NCBI GenBank assembly: GCA_050246815.1
Contig: JBFWVI010000005.1
Coordinates: forward strand, 1-64,000
From: Bdellovibrionales bacterium
GTDB lineage: Bacteria; Bdellovibrionota; Bdellovibrionia; Bdellovibrionales; UBA1609
DNA length: 64,000 nt
Direction of reading: 5' to 3'
Shown here: positions 13,486-24,365 of the stretch, in pieces
Numbering within the stretch: position 1 is the first letter of the stretch
Layout: the number at the start of each line of letters is the position of its first letter
Notes under the pieces: model-generated
Databases searched by the model: none
What the model was told of the DNA's origin: nothing
Seen by the model: only the letters and a program-made list of their open reading frames with translations
Made by a program: the position numbers and the translations under genes

Positions 13486-14016
13486 TTAACTTTTAGTTTC
13501 TTGCTGTTCTTTACGAGCGTTCAACACGCGCGCAAAGCCCGCAGGTACGGCCTGAAGAGTTCCGAGGAATTTACTCATCGGAGCTTGCAGAACACCCAAC
13601 AACTTCGCTTGTAGCTCAGCTTTAGACGGCAACGTGGCGAGGTATTTAATTTTAGCCTCGTCAAGCGCGTTACCATCCATCACTCCGTACTTAATTTGCA
13701 TGACTTCAACTTCTTTAGTGAAGTCCGACAAAGTTTTAGCCGGAGCGGCTGCATCGCCATAAGCAAAGACGACGGCGTTCGTCCCGACAAAGGCATCCTT
13801 CAAAGCGGATTCCATTGCTGGGTGATCTTTCAGGGCTCGCAGAGCGAGAGTGTTACGCACCACTTTCATCTCAGCCTGAACGGGGCGCAAAATTTTGCGC
13901 AATTTGGTGACCGATTCCACATTCATGCCTTTGTAATCGACAAGGAATGCGGCTTTGGCTTTGCCAAACTGTTCAGACAAAGACGAGATTTCTTGCGCTT
14001 TTGTCTCTCTATTCAT
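13486..14016 (-). CDS. rplJ: 50S ribosomal protein L10
   Basis: [18 protein letters not shown]; lies between rplA and rplL. Confidence 0.97.
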   Translation of the reverse strand: MNRETKAQEISSLSEQFGKAKAAFLVDYKGMNVESVTKLRKILRPVQAEMKVVRNTLALRALKDHPAMESALKDAFVGTNAVVFAYGDAAAPAKTLSDFTKEVEVMQIKYGVMDGNALDEAKIKYLATLPSKAELQAKLLGVLQAPMSKFLGTLQAVPAGFARVLNARKEQQETKS

Positions 14017-14089
14017 AAGCGAGTTACCTCCCTTTCATCTTTCTTTGGCACCGCGATTTCAGATTGAGGAGGCGACATTTCCTTGTCTA

Positions 14090-14170
14090 CCTTCGCTCGT
14101 CTAAGCTGGCCGTCGTGCTCGCCAATTAAGCCGTTCCCGTGAACGGCGCCTGCTGTCTTGGACCGCGATG
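14090..14170 (-). promoter_or_regulatory. L10 leader (ribosomal protein autoregulatory RNA); boundaries approximate
   Basis: Minus-strand CCAAGACAGCAGG...CTTAAT...GAG core in the rplA-rplJ intergenic region, the typical position. Confidence 0.6.
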
Positions 14171-14193
14171 GGTTAATAAAATACAGCCGTCAT

Positions 14194-14889
14194 CTATGAC
14201 AGCTGCGCCTGTGTACTTGTTAAATCCATTTTCACGCCGGGACCCATGGTCGACGAAAGTGTCACGCCCAGAAGGTAAATACCTTTCGAGGTCGACGGCT
14301 TGGCTTTCACCAAGGCATTCATCAGTGCCATGTAGTTGTCCTTGAGCTTGTCCGCTCCCATGGACTTTTTGCCAATCGAAGCGTGCACAATGCCCGCCTT
14401 ATCGACACGAAAATCCAACTTGCCCTTTTTCTCAGCGGCAACGGCAGCGCTCACGTTCATCGTCACGGTTCCCACCTTCGGGTTCGGCATCAAGCCACGT
14501 GGCCCCAGAATTTTAGCAACTTTAGAAACTGTGGCCATCATGTCCGGAGTGGCGATCGCTTTGTCGAAGTCCATCCAGCCGCCCTGAATTTTAGCCACCA
14601 ACTCGTCCGAGCCGACAAAGTCGGCACCGGCTTGCTGTGCTTCAGCTTCTTTAGGGCCTTTGGCGAACACGATCACGCGTACAGTTTTGCCCAAACCGTG
14701 AGGCAAATCCACTGCACCACGAACCTGTTGGTCAGATTGTTTGGGATCCACGCCCAAACGAACCGCAACGTCCACGCTTTCGTCAAATTTGGCAGTGCCG
14801 GTCGAAACCACCAGGTTCATACCGTCTTCAGGTGAATATTTTTTTGCGCGGTCTACAGTTTTGAGAGCCGCTTTAAATCGTTTGCTCAT
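14194..14889 (-). CDS. rplA: 50S ribosomal protein L1
   Basis: [36 protein letters not shown]. Confidence 0.99.
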   Translation of the reverse strand: MSKRFKAALKTVDRAKKYSPEDGMNLVVSTGTAKFDESVDVAVRLGVDPKQSDQQVRGAVDLPHGLGKTVRVIVFAKGPKEAEAQQAGADFVGSDELVAKIQGGWMDFDKAIATPDMMATVSKVAKILGPRGLMPNPKVGTVTMNVSAAVAAEKKGKLDFRVDKAGIVHASIGKKSMGADKLKDNYMALMNALVKAKPSTSKGIYLLGVTLSSTMGPGVKMDLTSTQAQLS

Positions 14890-14897
14890 ATTCTCAC

Positions 14898-15320
14898 CTA
14901 CTTCACTTCCAGGCCCATACTACGGGCCGTGCCAATGACTTGGTTGATCGCCGATTGCACGTCTAAGCAATTCAGATCGGGCATCTTGCGATTGGCGATC
15001 TCAGTTACTTGAGCCATGGTCACTTTACCGACCTTGTCTTTTTGCGGCATTTTCGAGCCGCTTTCGATTTTGGCCGCCTTCTTCAGAAGAATCGACACTG
15101 GAGGCGTTTTGGTGATGAAGGTAAACGATCGGTCTGAAAAAACAGAGATGATCACCGGGATGATCATATCGCCCTCTTTTTGAGTACGGGCGTTAAACTG
15201 TTTACAGAACTCCATGATGTTTACCCCATGCTGACCGAGCGCCGGTCCAACGGGAGGAGCCGGATTGGCTTTCCCTGCCGGTATCTGAAGCTTAATTTGG
15301 CCTGTTAATTTACGAGCCAT
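14898..15320 (-). CDS. rplK: 50S ribosomal protein L11
   Basis: [26 protein letters not shown]. Confidence 0.99.
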   Translation of the reverse strand: MARKLTGQIKLQIPAGKANPAPPVGPALGQHGVNIMEFCKQFNARTQKEGDMIIPVIISVFSDRSFTFITKTPPVSILLKKAAKIESGSKMPQKDKVGKVTMAQVTEIANRKMPDLNCLDVQSAINQVIGTARSMGLEVK

Positions 15321-15353
15321 ATTCCCACTCCTAGCAGTTAGGGTTAATCTTAC

Positions 15354-15926
15354 TTACACTTTCTCAACTTGAACAAAATCGAGCTCAACCGGAGTAGGGC
15401 GGCCGAAAATGCTGACCAGCACTTTCACTTTGCCCTTCTCTTGATTGATCTCTTCCACGGTGCCATTAAAATTACTAAATGGGCCGTCGATCACCATCAC
15501 GCTTTCACCCACGGTGAACTTCACTTTGGTGATCGGTTTTTCTGCGCCGGTCTCCATTTGTTTGGCGACACGCATGACCTCTTCTTCGGGCACTTCTGGC
15601 GGCTTCACTTTGCCACCGACAAAGCCAGTGACTTTCGAGGCGTTTTTCACCAAATGCCAGGTTTCATCAGTCAGCACCATCTGCACAAAAATGTAGCCGG
15701 GGAAAAACTTGCGCGAGCGGGTGGCTTTTTTGCCTTTGACCAGTTCAACAACGTTTTCCGCCGGGATCAAAATCTGGCCGATCATATGCTCAAGCTTATG
15801 ATCGCGGGCCTTCTTTTCAATCGAAGTTTTGGCTGTGCCCTCGCAGCTGGTCTGCGTGTTCACAATGTACCACTTCATTTTTCCATCGCCCTGAGTGCTT
15901 ACACCGACTTTTTGTTCCACATTCAC
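15354..15926 (-). CDS. nusG: Transcription termination/antitermination factor NusG
   Basis: [16 protein letters not shown] motif [18 protein letters not shown]; start may instead be MKWY. Confidence 0.97.
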   Translation of the reverse strand: MNVEQKVGVSTQGDGKMKWYIVNTQTSCEGTAKTSIEKKARDHKLEHMIGQILIPAENVVELVKGKKATRSRKFFPGYIFVQMVLTDETWHLVKNASKVTGFVGGKVKPPEVPEEEVMRVAKQMETGAEKPITKVKFTVGESVMVIDGPFSNFNGTVEEINQEKGKVKVLVSIFGRPTPVELDFVQVEKV

Positions 15927-15934
15927 ATCCTAAA

Positions 15935-16318
15935 TTAGTTCACGATCCACTTGATCAACACGCTGGACACGTAGTCGACCACCGAAAGACCAAGGCCCGC
16001 GACCACCACCATCACGCAAACCGCGACTGTTGTGATCGTGGTGTCCCGCTGGGACGGCCAAACGATCTTGCGAATTTCAGAGATAACCTCATCCGCCCAA
16101 ACCTTTACTTTGGGATTCAGCTGCAAACTCAAAAACACAGCGGCGGCAATCGCGAGTGGCAGGCCATGTTTCACGGCCTCGATTGAACGCCAACGTTCCA
16201 CCACAGCAAACACGCCGCCCAAAGTGTCAAACAACACCCGGCTGACCAGCAGTGATAGCAAACCTGCAATCACAAACGAGAGCATCATCACTTTCTGATT
16301 GGTCTTATCTGTTTCCAC
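15935..16318 (-). CDS. secE: Preprotein translocase SecE (three-TM type)
   Basis: EIRKIVWPS motif; GTG 16318 with SD GAGGA; lies between tRNA-Trp and nusG. Confidence 0.92.
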   Translation of the reverse strand: METDKTNQKVMMLSFVIAGLLSLLVSRVLFDTLGGVFAVVERWRSIEAVKHGLPLAIAAAVFLSLQLNPKVKVWADEVISEIRKIVWPSQRDTTITTVAVCVMVVVAGLGLSVVDYVSSVLIKWIVN

Positions 16319-16348
16319 GTTCAATCCTCGTCTTCCAGTCGAACAATT

Positions 16349-16424
16349 TGGCAGGGCAGGAGGGATTCGAACCCACAACCTAACGATTTGGAGTCGTTCG
16401 CTCTACCGTTAGAGCTACTGCCCT
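16349..16424 (-). tRNA. tRNA-Trp (CCA)
   Basis: AGGGCAGTAGCTC...CTCCAAA...GGTTCGAATCC...CTGCCCTGCCA; 76 nt with encoded CCA. Confidence 0.97.
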
Positions 16425-16457
16425 ATTTGCCCGCGCCGTAACCTTTCTTAAAACTCG

Positions 16458-16486
16458 AAAGGGACCCTCAAAAAATGGGGGTCCCT
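16458..16486 (-). terminator. Hairpin/terminator after tuf
   Basis: AGGGACCCCC-loop-GAGGGTCCCT followed by a short T tract. Confidence 0.55.
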
Positions 16487-16515
16487 GAACCTAAATCCGT
16501 ACAAATTAAAGAGAG

Positions 16516-17706
16516 TTACTCTTGAATTTCAGTAACAACTCCTGCACCCACGGTGCGGCCACCCTCACGGATAGCGAAACGCAGTTCTTTTTCCATCGCG
16601 ATCGGGGCGATCAGTTCCACGTTCATTTCAACACGGTCACCGGGCATCACCATTTCAGTTCCCTGTTTCAGCGTCACGACGCCGGTGACGTCGGTGGTGC
16701 GGAAGTAGAACTGAGGACGATAACCGTTGAAGAACGGGGTGTGACGTCCACCTTCTTCTTTGGTGAGAACATAAGCTTCACACTTGAATTTCTTGTGCGG
16801 CTTAATCGTGCCCGGCTGAGCCAAAACTTGGCCACGCTCGACATCTTCTTTTTTGGTGCCGCGGAGCAAGCAGCCCGCGTTGTCGCCCGCCACACCTTCA
16901 TCAAGAAGTTTGCGGAACATCTCGATACCGGTGATGGTGGTTTTTTGCGTCGGGCGGATACCCACGATTTCAGCTTCTTGACCCACTTTGATGATACCGC
17001 GCTCGATACGGCCGGTGACCACGGTTCCACGACCCGAGATCGAGAACACGTCTTCAACTGGCATCAAGAAGGGCTTGTCGGTCACACGCTGAGGGGTCGG
17101 GATGTATTTGTCGACTTCTTCCATCAGCTTCAAGATCGACTTTTCGCCGATTTCACTTTGATCGCCGTTCAGAGCTTTCAAAGCCGAACCTTTGATGATC
17201 GGAATTTTGTCGCCAGGGAATTCATACTTCGACAACAGTTCGCGGATTTCAAGTTCCACAAGGTCCAACAATTCTTTGTCGTCAACCATGTCGACTTTGT
17301 TCATGAACACCACGATCGAAGGAACACCCACTTGACGCGCCAAAAGGATGTGTTCGCGAGTCTGCGGCATCGGCCCATCTGATGCAGAAACCACCAAAAT
17401 AGCGCCGTCCATTTGCGCCGCACCGGTGATCATGTTCTTCACATAATCGGCGTGTCCGGGGCAATCCACGTGTGCATAGTGGCGATTTGGGGTTTGGTAT
17501 TCCACGTGAGAAGTTGAGATCGTGATGCCACGCTCTTTTTCTTCGGGGGCTTTGTCGATCATGTCGTAAGCCATGGCGGTTGCACCGCCGGCTTTCGCCA
17601 ACACTGTGGTGATCGCCGCTGTCAAAGTCGTTTTACCGTGGTCAACGTGACCGATGGTGCCGATGTTTACGTGCGGTTTACTGCGATCAAACTTTTCCTT
17701 GGACAT
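16516..17706 (-). CDS. tuf: Elongation factor Tu
   Basis: [39 protein letters not shown]. Confidence 0.99.
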   Translation of the reverse strand: MSKEKFDRSKPHVNIGTIGHVDHGKTTLTAAITTVLAKAGGATAMAYDMIDKAPEEKERGITISTSHVEYQTPNRHYAHVDCPGHADYVKNMITGAAQMDGAILVVSASDGPMPQTREHILLARQVGVPSIVVFMNKVDMVDDKELLDLVELEIRELLSKYEFPGDKIPIIKGSALKALNGDQSEIGEKSILKLMEEVDKYIPTPQRVTDKPFLMPVEDVFSISGRGTVVTGRIERGIIKVGQEAEIVGIRPTQKTTITGIEMFRKLLDEGVAGDNAGCLLRGTKKEDVERGQVLAQPGTIKPHKKFKCEAYVLTKEEGGRHTPFFNGYRPQFYFRTTDVTGVVTLKQGTEMVMPGDRVEMNVELIAPIAMEKELRFAIREGGRTVGAGVVTEIQE

Positions 17707-17788
17707 GGACTGTCTCCTCTTCGAGAAAATTCGTTTTAGTTACTAAACCCTAAACATTTACAAAACAAAAAACCAAATGCCAAAACTC

Positions 17789-17863
17789 TGGAGCCCATGG
17801 TGAGACTCGAACTCACGACCTCACCCTTACCAAGGGTGTGCTCTACCCCTGAGCCACATGGGC
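17789..17863 (-). tRNA. tRNA-Thr (GGT)
   Basis: GCCCATGTGGCTCAG...CTTGGTAAG...GTTCGAG...ATGGGCTCCA. Confidence 0.97.
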
Positions 17864-17898
17864 GTTCCACATGAACGCCAAACCCGCGGCGGCGAAAT

Positions 17899-17975
17899 TG
17901 GAGCGGGAGACGGGTCTCGAACCCGCAACCCTCAGCTTGGAAGGCTGATACTCTAGCCAATTGAGCTACTCCCGC
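17899..17975 (-). tRNA. tRNA-Gly (TCC)
   Basis: GCGGGAGTAGCTCAA...CCTTCCAAG...GGTTCGAG...CCCGCTCCA. Confidence 0.97.
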
Positions 17976-17981
17976 CTACAG

Positions 17982-18067
17982 TGGTGGAGAGGGTAGGATT
18001 CGAACCTACGTAGGCGTAAGCCAACGGATTTACAGTCCGTCCCCTTTAGCCACTCGGGCACCTCTCC
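17982..18067 (-). tRNA. tRNA-Tyr (GTA)
   Basis: GGAGAGGTGCCCGAGTGG...CTGTAAA, long variable arm, GGTTCGAATCC...CTCCACCA. Confidence 0.97.
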
Positions 18068-18228
18068 GCCGATTCTTCAGTGCGTGTTTTGCACGCTCCG
18101 AATTGCCGACTGACATTTCTGCCGATCGCTTGTTGCCGTTCGCTCAACACACGGCTTGAAAAACGCGCGCTCAGGGAACTTCAACACCAAATTTTCAAAG
18201 ACTCTGGTCTTTGTTTTTGCAAAGACAC

Positions 18229-18304
18229 TGGAGCTGGTTATGGGACTCGAACCCGCAACCTGCTGATTACAAATCAGCTGCTCTACCAATTGAGCTAAAC
18301 CAGC
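18229..18304 (-). tRNA. tRNA-Thr (TGT)
   Basis: GCTGGTTTAGCTCAA...TTTGTAA...GGTTCGAGTCC...CCAGCTCCA; classic Thr-Tyr-Gly-Thr-tuf order. Confidence 0.97.
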
Positions 18305-18330
18305 CCTAACCCGCTCTCACGTAAACGCAT

Positions 18331-18360
18331 TACCTACTCGACCTAGGAAGAGCGAGTCAA
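18331..18360 (-). promoter_or_regulatory. Putative promoter of the tRNA-tuf operon
   Basis: TTGACT-N18-TAGGTA just upstream of tRNA-Thr(TGT). Confidence 0.4.
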
Positions 18361-18379
18361 AGACTATTTGTCCGGAATA

Positions 18380-19192
18380 TTAGGGCTTTTTCGGCTCTTG
18401 TAGATGCTGGCGGCGAACCTCGGAAAGGCCGATGGCGGTAGCCACGGAAGCATTGAAACTAGCCTCTGTAGCCACTTGGGGGATGCGGATCAAATCGTCG
18501 CAGAGGCGACTTAAAGGGGTGCGAATGCCGCTTTCTTCACTGCCGACCACCAACGCCACTTTTTCTGGAAATTGGGCCTGCCATAGCGTTTGATGCGCAT
18601 CGCCATTCATGCCGTAAAGCCAAAATCCCATATCTTTCAAACGCTTAGCAGCATCCAGCAAGTTGCCATCGGGAATAACAGGCACATGTTCTGCACCACC
18701 ACAGGCCACCTTCATGACCGTTGGCGTCATCGGGCTTGAGCGGTTCTCGGTGATAAAAATGGCCTGAACTTTCAGTAGCCAGGCCGTCCTTATAATGGCT
18801 CCCAGATTGTGCGGGTCCTGCAGACCGTCTGCCAAAAGCACCAAAGATTGGGGGGCGGACTCAAGGTCGGACCAATCAAAAGGAGGCTCTTCAGTCAGGC
18901 GTGCCGCCACCCCCTGATGCCCACCAGCCAACTTATCCAACAGTCCTTGGGGTTTGGTTTGAATTTTTTGCCCGGCCTGGTCCGCCAACTCACGCAAGTC
19001 TTGGCTGCTCTCCCACCCTTCCTTCAGCCACATTTCAGCGATGGCTTTGGGCCGGACTTTGAGAGCCTCGCGTACGGCATGAAGTCCAATGGCCCAACGA
19101 CCTTTGGGAATGATGGGGGGGCGGCCACCTTCAGATGAGCCGCGACTGCCGCTGCCACGTGAGGGATGATTTTTTTTGTGCGGGCGTCTCAT
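18380..19192 (-). CDS. rlmB: TrmH/SpoU-family 23S rRNA 2'-O-methyltransferase (RlmB-like)
   Basis: GLHAVREAL, HQGV, DPHNLGAIIRTA, GSEESGI, SFNASVA; start chosen at ATG 19192. Confidence 0.85.
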   Translation of the reverse strand: MRRPHKKNHPSRGSGSRGSSEGGRPPIIPKGRWAIGLHAVREALKVRPKAIAEMWLKEGWESSQDLRELADQAGQKIQTKPQGLLDKLAGGHQGVAARLTEEPPFDWSDLESAPQSLVLLADGLQDPHNLGAIIRTAWLLKVQAIFITENRSSPMTPTVMKVACGGAEHVPVIPDGNLLDAAKRLKDMGFWLYGMNGDAHQTLWQAQFPEKVALVVGSEESGIRTPLSRLCDDLIRIPQVATEASFNASVATAIGLSEVRRQHLQEPKKP

Positions 19193-19256
19193 GCAACCCC
19201 TTATAGGAAGTTCGCGGCAAGAGCTCAAGCACGATCACGGCCCCGCACGACGAATT

Positions 19257-19961
19257 CTAAACTCGCATGGCTATCGCGAGTTGCGCAAATTGCTGGGCCG
19301 CTCGCGCGGGATCAGCGGCGTCCACGATTGGACGGCCGACGACCAAAGCAGAAGCCCCCGCCTGAAGAGCTGACGCCGGATCGGCGACGCGGTTTTGGTC
19401 CCCCTTGTCCTGGCCGGGCAAACGAATTCCCGGCACCACCAAATAACTATTGGGATGTTTTTGACGAAGAAGAGCGACCTCTTCAGCCGAGCACACCAAC
19501 CCCGAAAGCCCCGAGGCGATCGTTAAATCCGCCAATTGCAGAACCTGTTCTTTAATCGGAGTGGCCCTAGAAACCGATGGCAATCCGCTCTGGGTGAATG
19601 AAGTTAAAATCGTGACGGCCAAAATTTTAAACGGGCGCTCTTTGTTGAACTTGGCCTCGAGCTCAGCCAGTCGGCTTAAAGCTTCTAGGCCCGCTTGCGC
19701 ATGGACCGTGACAAATGTGCCCCCGGCCTCAAAAGACGCCGTCACCGCCGAGGTCATGGTGTTTGGAATATCAAAATATTTATTGTCGATAAACACGGGC
19801 TTGATTTTCGCCAGCTCGCCGATCATGGCCGGACCGTGGCGCAAGCAAAGCCTGGGCCCCACTTTGAAACCGCCCACATGGGGGGCCGCATCGCGCACGA
19901 TTTGGCGCACTTGATCCATGTCGTCTAAATCGAGAGCTACAAAAATCGGATTCTTCAGCAT
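19257..19961 (-). CDS. pyrF: Orotidine-5'-phosphate decarboxylase
   Basis: IFVALD, KVG, DNKYFDIPNT, VTILTS, PGIR, VGRPI; TTGACT-N17-CACATT lies 5 nt before the ATG (possibly leaderless). Confidence 0.95.
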   Translation of the reverse strand: MLKNPIFVALDLDDMDQVRQIVRDAAPHVGGFKVGPRLCLRHGPAMIGELAKIKPVFIDNKYFDIPNTMTSAVTASFEAGGTFVTVHAQAGLEALSRLAELEAKFNKERPFKILAVTILTSFTQSGLPSVSRATPIKEQVLQLADLTIASGLSGLVCSAEEVALLRQKHPNSYLVVPGIRLPGQDKGDQNRVADPASALQAGASALVVGRPIVDAADPARAAQQFAQLAIAMRV

Positions 19962-20020
19962 AGCCCAATGTGACCAAGCCATCTTGCGGAGTCAAGGGGT
20001 GCCCCATCAAGATATCGGGA

Positions 20021-20530
20021 TTACTTGTTCGCTTCGCCCGTGTCCTTCTTCAAGAAAAACTTGTGTGCCACATACTTTGATCGGCCCGATGGAGGAGGGG
20101 GAAACCGAAAATCTTTGATTTTGCTGATTATACAATTGGTCAATTCTTCATCCGGAATTTCCGAACTGACCAATTCGACTTTTTCTACTTTGCCACTTTC
20201 TAAAATGTTCCAATCAATCATCACCTTGCCGTCCGTTACCGCAGGTTTTTTATCGATGAAAGCATTGTAGCAGTCCCGGATTTGGACATAACCTTTGACG
20301 ATGGTGTTCTTCACCTGATTGGCGATATAAGGATCTTCCTCGCGACCGCGATCATTTTTTCTTTTCGAGCCTTCGCCTTCTGCCTCGGTGTTGGTTTCGA
20401 CAACCTGCACCGCGGGTGCTTTGAACAAATTCGCAGCCAGCAGTACGATCACCACACCCAACAAAACCATGATGATAATGTTTTGTTGGGACCATTCGAT
20501 TTTTCCACCCGAGTTATTTTGTTCACTCAT
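20021..20530 (-). CDS. Membrane-anchored protein with a TonB-C-like (AgmX/PglI C-terminal-type) domain
   Basis: N-terminal TM helix, then IRDCY...GKVMIDWNI..SGKV...CI...FRFPPP. Confidence 0.7.
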   Translation of the reverse strand: MSEQNNSGGKIEWSQQNIIIMVLLGVVIVLLAANLFKAPAVQVVETNTEAEGEGSKRKNDRGREEDPYIANQVKNTIVKGYVQIRDCYNAFIDKKPAVTDGKVMIDWNILESGKVEKVELVSSEIPDEELTNCIISKIKDFRFPPPPSGRSKYVAHKFFLKKDTGEANK

Positions 20531-20673
20531 GCGCTGCTCCTTGTCTTATGCATAGTCCACAGTAAATGTTAACTCACCGGCTTCGCAAGGTCATCGCGGT
20601 CATCACATACAGGACCTTGGTCGAAGTCGCCTAAGTTGCTAATAATCCGCATGAATATCTGTATAATTTGGCA

Positions 20674-22434
20674 ATGACCGCCAACCGAAAAATCTTTGGC
20701 CTAATCCTGCTGCTGATTCCAATTCTGACTCTGTTGCATTATTCCGATGGAATCATTCGCGATCGCCAATTCATCAACTATGATGACTTGGGCTTGATCA
20801 AACCCATGCTCGACAAACCTTTCACTCAATATTTCAGTGAATGGCTGCCCGACCGCAATCATCACGCCTATCCTCTACGCGACGTCACTTACTTTATAGA
20901 TCAATGGTTGAGCGAACAAACAGGGATACCCTTTTACTGGATCACACAAATTGCCCTGTTGGTGGCCACTCTCATCGCCAGCGCACGACTGCTGCAAACA
21001 TTGCTGCCGCAGTCTCAGGGGCTCGTCTTGTGTTTGCTTTTGATTCTGGCTTTGCATCCCCTGAACATCGAAATCGTGCAATGGCTGATGAGCCGTAAAC
21101 ATTTAATGGCTCTGCTTTTTTTGTGGTTCGCAACAGCCGTCGTATTCGCCCGTGCTCGACAACATGCCGCCCTCAGCAAAAAAGAATGGTGGCTTTGTGC
21201 AACCCTCTATTTAGCCAGCCTGCTGAGTTTCCCAACTGGCTTGTTGTGGATGCCATGGGCGCTATGGATGCAGCGACAAGAATTGCAAGCGCGACCAAAA
21301 GTCAGATTGATCCTTTGGGCTTGCGCAGGATTTTGCATCGCGCTTTATCTGCGCCTGACCACCACTGGTGAAGCGGATTATGGCAATAGTCTGACTAGTC
21401 TGCTGATGGGCGAAAAAGCCAGTCGCACAGTTTTTTTTACTTGGAACTCTCTGGGTCGCGGTTTTTGGAATTTGCTATTCCCCTTTCAATTGGCCCCTTT
21501 TTACAATGAGGGTTCCATACTAACGGGCTGGGGAATTCTGGCTTTGTTTTTTTGCACGGGCGCCTGGTTCAGGCTGGTGACCGAACCGGAGGATCGCCGT
21601 ATGGGCCGCGATCTTTCGCTTTTGATAGGTGCGATCCTTGGTCCATCGGCGTTGGTATTTTTAGGGTTTCCAGACTTTGTTTGGGCCGATCGCTATGGCT
21701 TTACAATTTTACCGGCGGTTTTGGCACTGCTGGGCCTAGCCTTGAAACAAGTGAATTTTCAAGAGCAAAAAAAATTCGGTTTTGCTATTGCGCTTTTGAC
21801 CATCTGGCTGGTGGCCTCAGTTGGTGTGACCGCGCAAAGGGTGCCGCTATGGCGAAACGCCATCACCTTGATGAGCGAATGTGCCCGCCACGAACAATCA
21901 CCAAAATGCGTGATTCAAACCGCGCAGCGTGAAATTCATCAGCGGGGCTGTGGCCCGATACAAGACATCCTCGAAATTGGCCGAAAAATATTTCCGACAC
22001 GCTCGCCTCATAGCACGGAGTTTGGCTCTGAAATGCCATTTTATGATGCCATTTGCATCGCGCTGGCCAAAAATATTTCCCCCGATGAAAAGCTGCAAAA
22101 GTTGCCTTATCTATTTGACCAATACGCGGGCGCGGGCGAGATCATGTTCAGTATTATTTTAGCCCAGCTTCAGGCCGGTCGCATTGAATCCGCCTTTAGC
22201 GACGCTAAAAGCTATTTTTTAAATGGTGATCCAAGACCTTTGATTTCCGCACGCAACACCATCAACATTTATCGTGGCGCAAGCCAAGCACTCTGCGAGC
22301 TGGTCAAAAACCCGGATTGCCTTCGCCGGCGTCATCAGTTTCTGGCCAGCAATCGACAAACACCCTTGGACAAGGGTTATATCAATTGGGGTTACAATCT
22401 CATCATGACGATGGCCAATGCGAAAAAAGAATAA
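20674..22434 (+). CDS. Multi-TM GT-C glycosyltransferase, TMTC-like
   Basis: FINYDD, AYPLR, HPLNIEIVQWLMSRKH, ADRY and LWRN motifs in TMTC-family order; TATAAT at 20662-20667 just before ATG 20674. Confidence 0.7.
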   Translation: MTANRKIFGLILLLIPILTLLHYSDGIIRDRQFINYDDLGLIKPMLDKPFTQYFSEWLPDRNHHAYPLRDVTYFIDQWLSEQTGIPFYWITQIALLVATLIASARLLQTLLPQSQGLVLCLLLILALHPLNIEIVQWLMSRKHLMALLFLWFATAVVFARARQHAALSKKEWWLCATLYLASLLSFPTGLLWMPWALWMQRQELQARPKVRLILWACAGFCIALYLRLTTTGEADYGNSLTSLLMGEKASRTVFFTWNSLGRGFWNLLFPFQLAPFYNEGSILTGWGILALFFCTGAWFRLVTEPEDRRMGRDLSLLIGAILGPSALVFLGFPDFVWADRYGFTILPAVLALLGLALKQVNFQEQKKFGFAIALLTIWLVASVGVTAQRVPLWRNAITLMSECARHEQSPKCVIQTAQREIHQRGCGPIQDILEIGRKIFPTRSPHSTEFGSEMPFYDAICIALAKNISPDEKLQKLPYLFDQYAGAGEIMFSIILAQLQAGRIESAFSDAKSYFLNGDPRPLISARNTINIYRGASQALCELVKNPDCLRRRHQFLASNRQTPLDKGYINWGYNLIMTMANAKKE

Positions 22435-24334
22435 ACCTTCAAAAGGTAATTCATTGCAAGCCACATCGGCTGTCGAAGAGCCTGTGAGTCCGCCCACTCG
22501 CAGCGAAGCTCTGTACGCCGCGCTTTTAAGTGGAGCTTTACCTTTTTTTGTTTATTGGCGCGGTCTTGTTCCCGGTCTGGCGATCGAAGGCGATTCAGGC
22601 GAAATCATCACAGCCGTCCATGAATTCGGCATTTTGCATTCGCCGGGGTTTCCCGGATACATGGTCGCGGCGAAGCTTTTTACCTCGTTGCTGGGCTGGC
22701 TTGATGTTGCTTACGCGACCAATTTATTTTCAGCCCTCTGCGGCGCGCTTTCGAGTTACTGGATTTTTCGTTTGGGCCGACGCCTAGGCCTTTGCTGGAG
22801 CGCCCTGTGCTTGGCTTTAAGCTTCGCGTTTGCCGCCGAATTTTGGTACGCCTCGCTGGCGGCCGAAGTTTACACTTTTGCAATTTTGACTTTGCTCTGG
22901 ATTTTAGAATCCACGATTCACTTTGAGCCTACGCGCCCAAAAACTGCAATTTGGCTAGGCCTGGCTTTGGGTTTTGGTTTTTCAGCTCACGTTTATGCCT
23001 GGGCCTTGTTGCCCGTGGTGGTGGTCATCGCAATTATGAAAATCTGGCCGCGACCACAGCGTTGGTCTCTGCTTAGTCGCGGACTGACGGGTTTTGGCAT
23101 AGGGTTATGGCCTTATCTTTATATCCCCTTGCGGGCGGGCCACGCCGCTTACGTGAACGAGGGTGGTATTCATTCATTTGCCAGCTTCTTTGAACATGTT
23201 TCCTGGATTCTGCAACGCGAACGGGTCGAAGAGGTCTCGCGTCTAAGCACCGGCCAGTGGCTGACAGCTAAATTCACCCAGCTCAAATTTTTCGGCACAG
23301 AGTTGGCCTTGCAATGGGGCACGCCTGGGCTGGCCCTTATTCTGATCGTGGCCGCCCTTGCCCTTCGCGCCTTTTGGTACGAGAGGGGGAAATGGCCCTC
23401 GAATCAACGAGATTTTGCGATCGTGGTATTGGCCAGTTTGGTCTTGATGCCTATGGTGGTGTGGGTGGTGTTCACAGGGGATTCCACTGCACCTGGGCTG
23501 CTGGCCGAAATGGCTGTTCACATGCAGACATTTTATTTATTTTTGTGCCTGCTTGGCTTCTTGATGATCTGGAAATTCAAGGACGAGTCCCGCCCGGCCA
23601 GCCTCTTGGTTTTGCTGCCCATTTTTTTGTTGGTTCCGCGCTGGAGCGATTATGATTTGCGCAACAACCAAATTGCTGTGGCGCATGCCGAAGATCTGAT
23701 CGAAAGCTTGCCGCCCCAAACGATCCTTTTGGGCGACAATGACAATGACCTGATGACCATCACCCATCAAAAGGCGGTGCGCGGCCAGCGCACTGACGTT
23801 GCGCTTTTGAATCTCATGAATGGCACCAGGTGGAACTACGAAAACTACCGCAAACTATACCCCGGCCTGCGGTGGCCGCCTTACACCCCGACTTACTATG
23901 GCCCATTGGTGCCAATGAATCTGCAGCAGCATCCCGTTTATGCCAGCTCCTGGTACGGGGCCACAGGTTTTTTGCAGGTCAGCGGACTAAAAAAAGACTA
24001 TGAGATCATCCCCATTCACGGCGCCTTTCGCTTGGTGGAAAAAAACCCCTCTTGGGTGCAACAGGTGGTTGAAGACCAGCAAAAGCGAATAGAGTATCCC
24101 TTTAAAGTCATGAGCCTCGACGTCAAGTTTCACTTGCGCGATCGCGAGGTCGACGCGATCGCGGGTCGCGCCGAATACCTGTTCCGCCAGGCCCAATACC
24201 TGGCCCGCCATCAACGGCCAGCTGAAGCCAGGCTCGCTATAGCCGAGGCCTTCAAAATCCCGACCTTAAATCAGGGCGAGTACGGCCAGGCTTTGATCAA
24301 GGAAATGCAAAAACTCCTGGCTCAGCTGAACTGA
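22418..24334 (+). CDS. DUF2723/TMEM260-like GT-C glycosyltransferase
   Basis: GDSGE...GILHSPGFPGY, NLFSALCGA, AEVY, YLYIPLRA, DND; many TM helices; overlaps the upstream gene by 17 nt. Confidence 0.8.
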   Translation: MRKKNKPSKGNSLQATSAVEEPVSPPTRSEALYAALLSGALPFFVYWRGLVPGLAIEGDSGEIITAVHEFGILHSPGFPGYMVAAKLFTSLLGWLDVAYATNLFSALCGALSSYWIFRLGRRLGLCWSALCLALSFAFAAEFWYASLAAEVYTFAILTLLWILESTIHFEPTRPKTAIWLGLALGFGFSAHVYAWALLPVVVVIAIMKIWPRPQRWSLLSRGLTGFGIGLWPYLYIPLRAGHAAYVNEGGIHSFASFFEHVSWILQRERVEEVSRLSTGQWLTAKFTQLKFFGTELALQWGTPGLALILIVAALALRAFWYERGKWPSNQRDFAIVVLASLVLMPMVVWVVFTGDSTAPGLLAEMAVHMQTFYLFLCLLGFLMIWKFKDESRPASLLVLLPIFLLVPRWSDYDLRNNQIAVAHAEDLIESLPPQTILLGDNDNDLMTITHQKAVRGQRTDVALLNLMNGTRWNYENYRKLYPGLRWPPYTPTYYGPLVPMNLQQHPVYASSWYGATGFLQVSGLKKDYEIIPIHGAFRLVEKNPSWVQQVVEDQQKRIEYPFKVMSLDVKFHLRDREVDAIAGRAEYLFRQAQYLARHQRPAEARLAIAEAFKIPTLNQGEYGQALIKEMQKLLAQLN

Positions 24335-24365
24335 ACACCTGAAAATAGAAATGGTGAGGTGGTTC

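Noticed and set aside
16319..16378. N-terminal extension of secE in the ORF track (MWVRIPP...)
   Set aside because: This is translation of the tRNA-Trp T-arm; the SD-supported start is GTG 16318
16425..16515. rpmG (L33), often found between tuf and tRNA-Trp
   Set aside because: Only about 90 nt containing a hairpin; no L33 ORF, and its absence is common
16522..17382. 286-aa ORF antisense to tuf
   Set aside because: Typical antisense shadow of tuf
17736..18298. Short ORFs over the tRNA cluster
   Set aside because: They overlap four tRNA genes and are spurious
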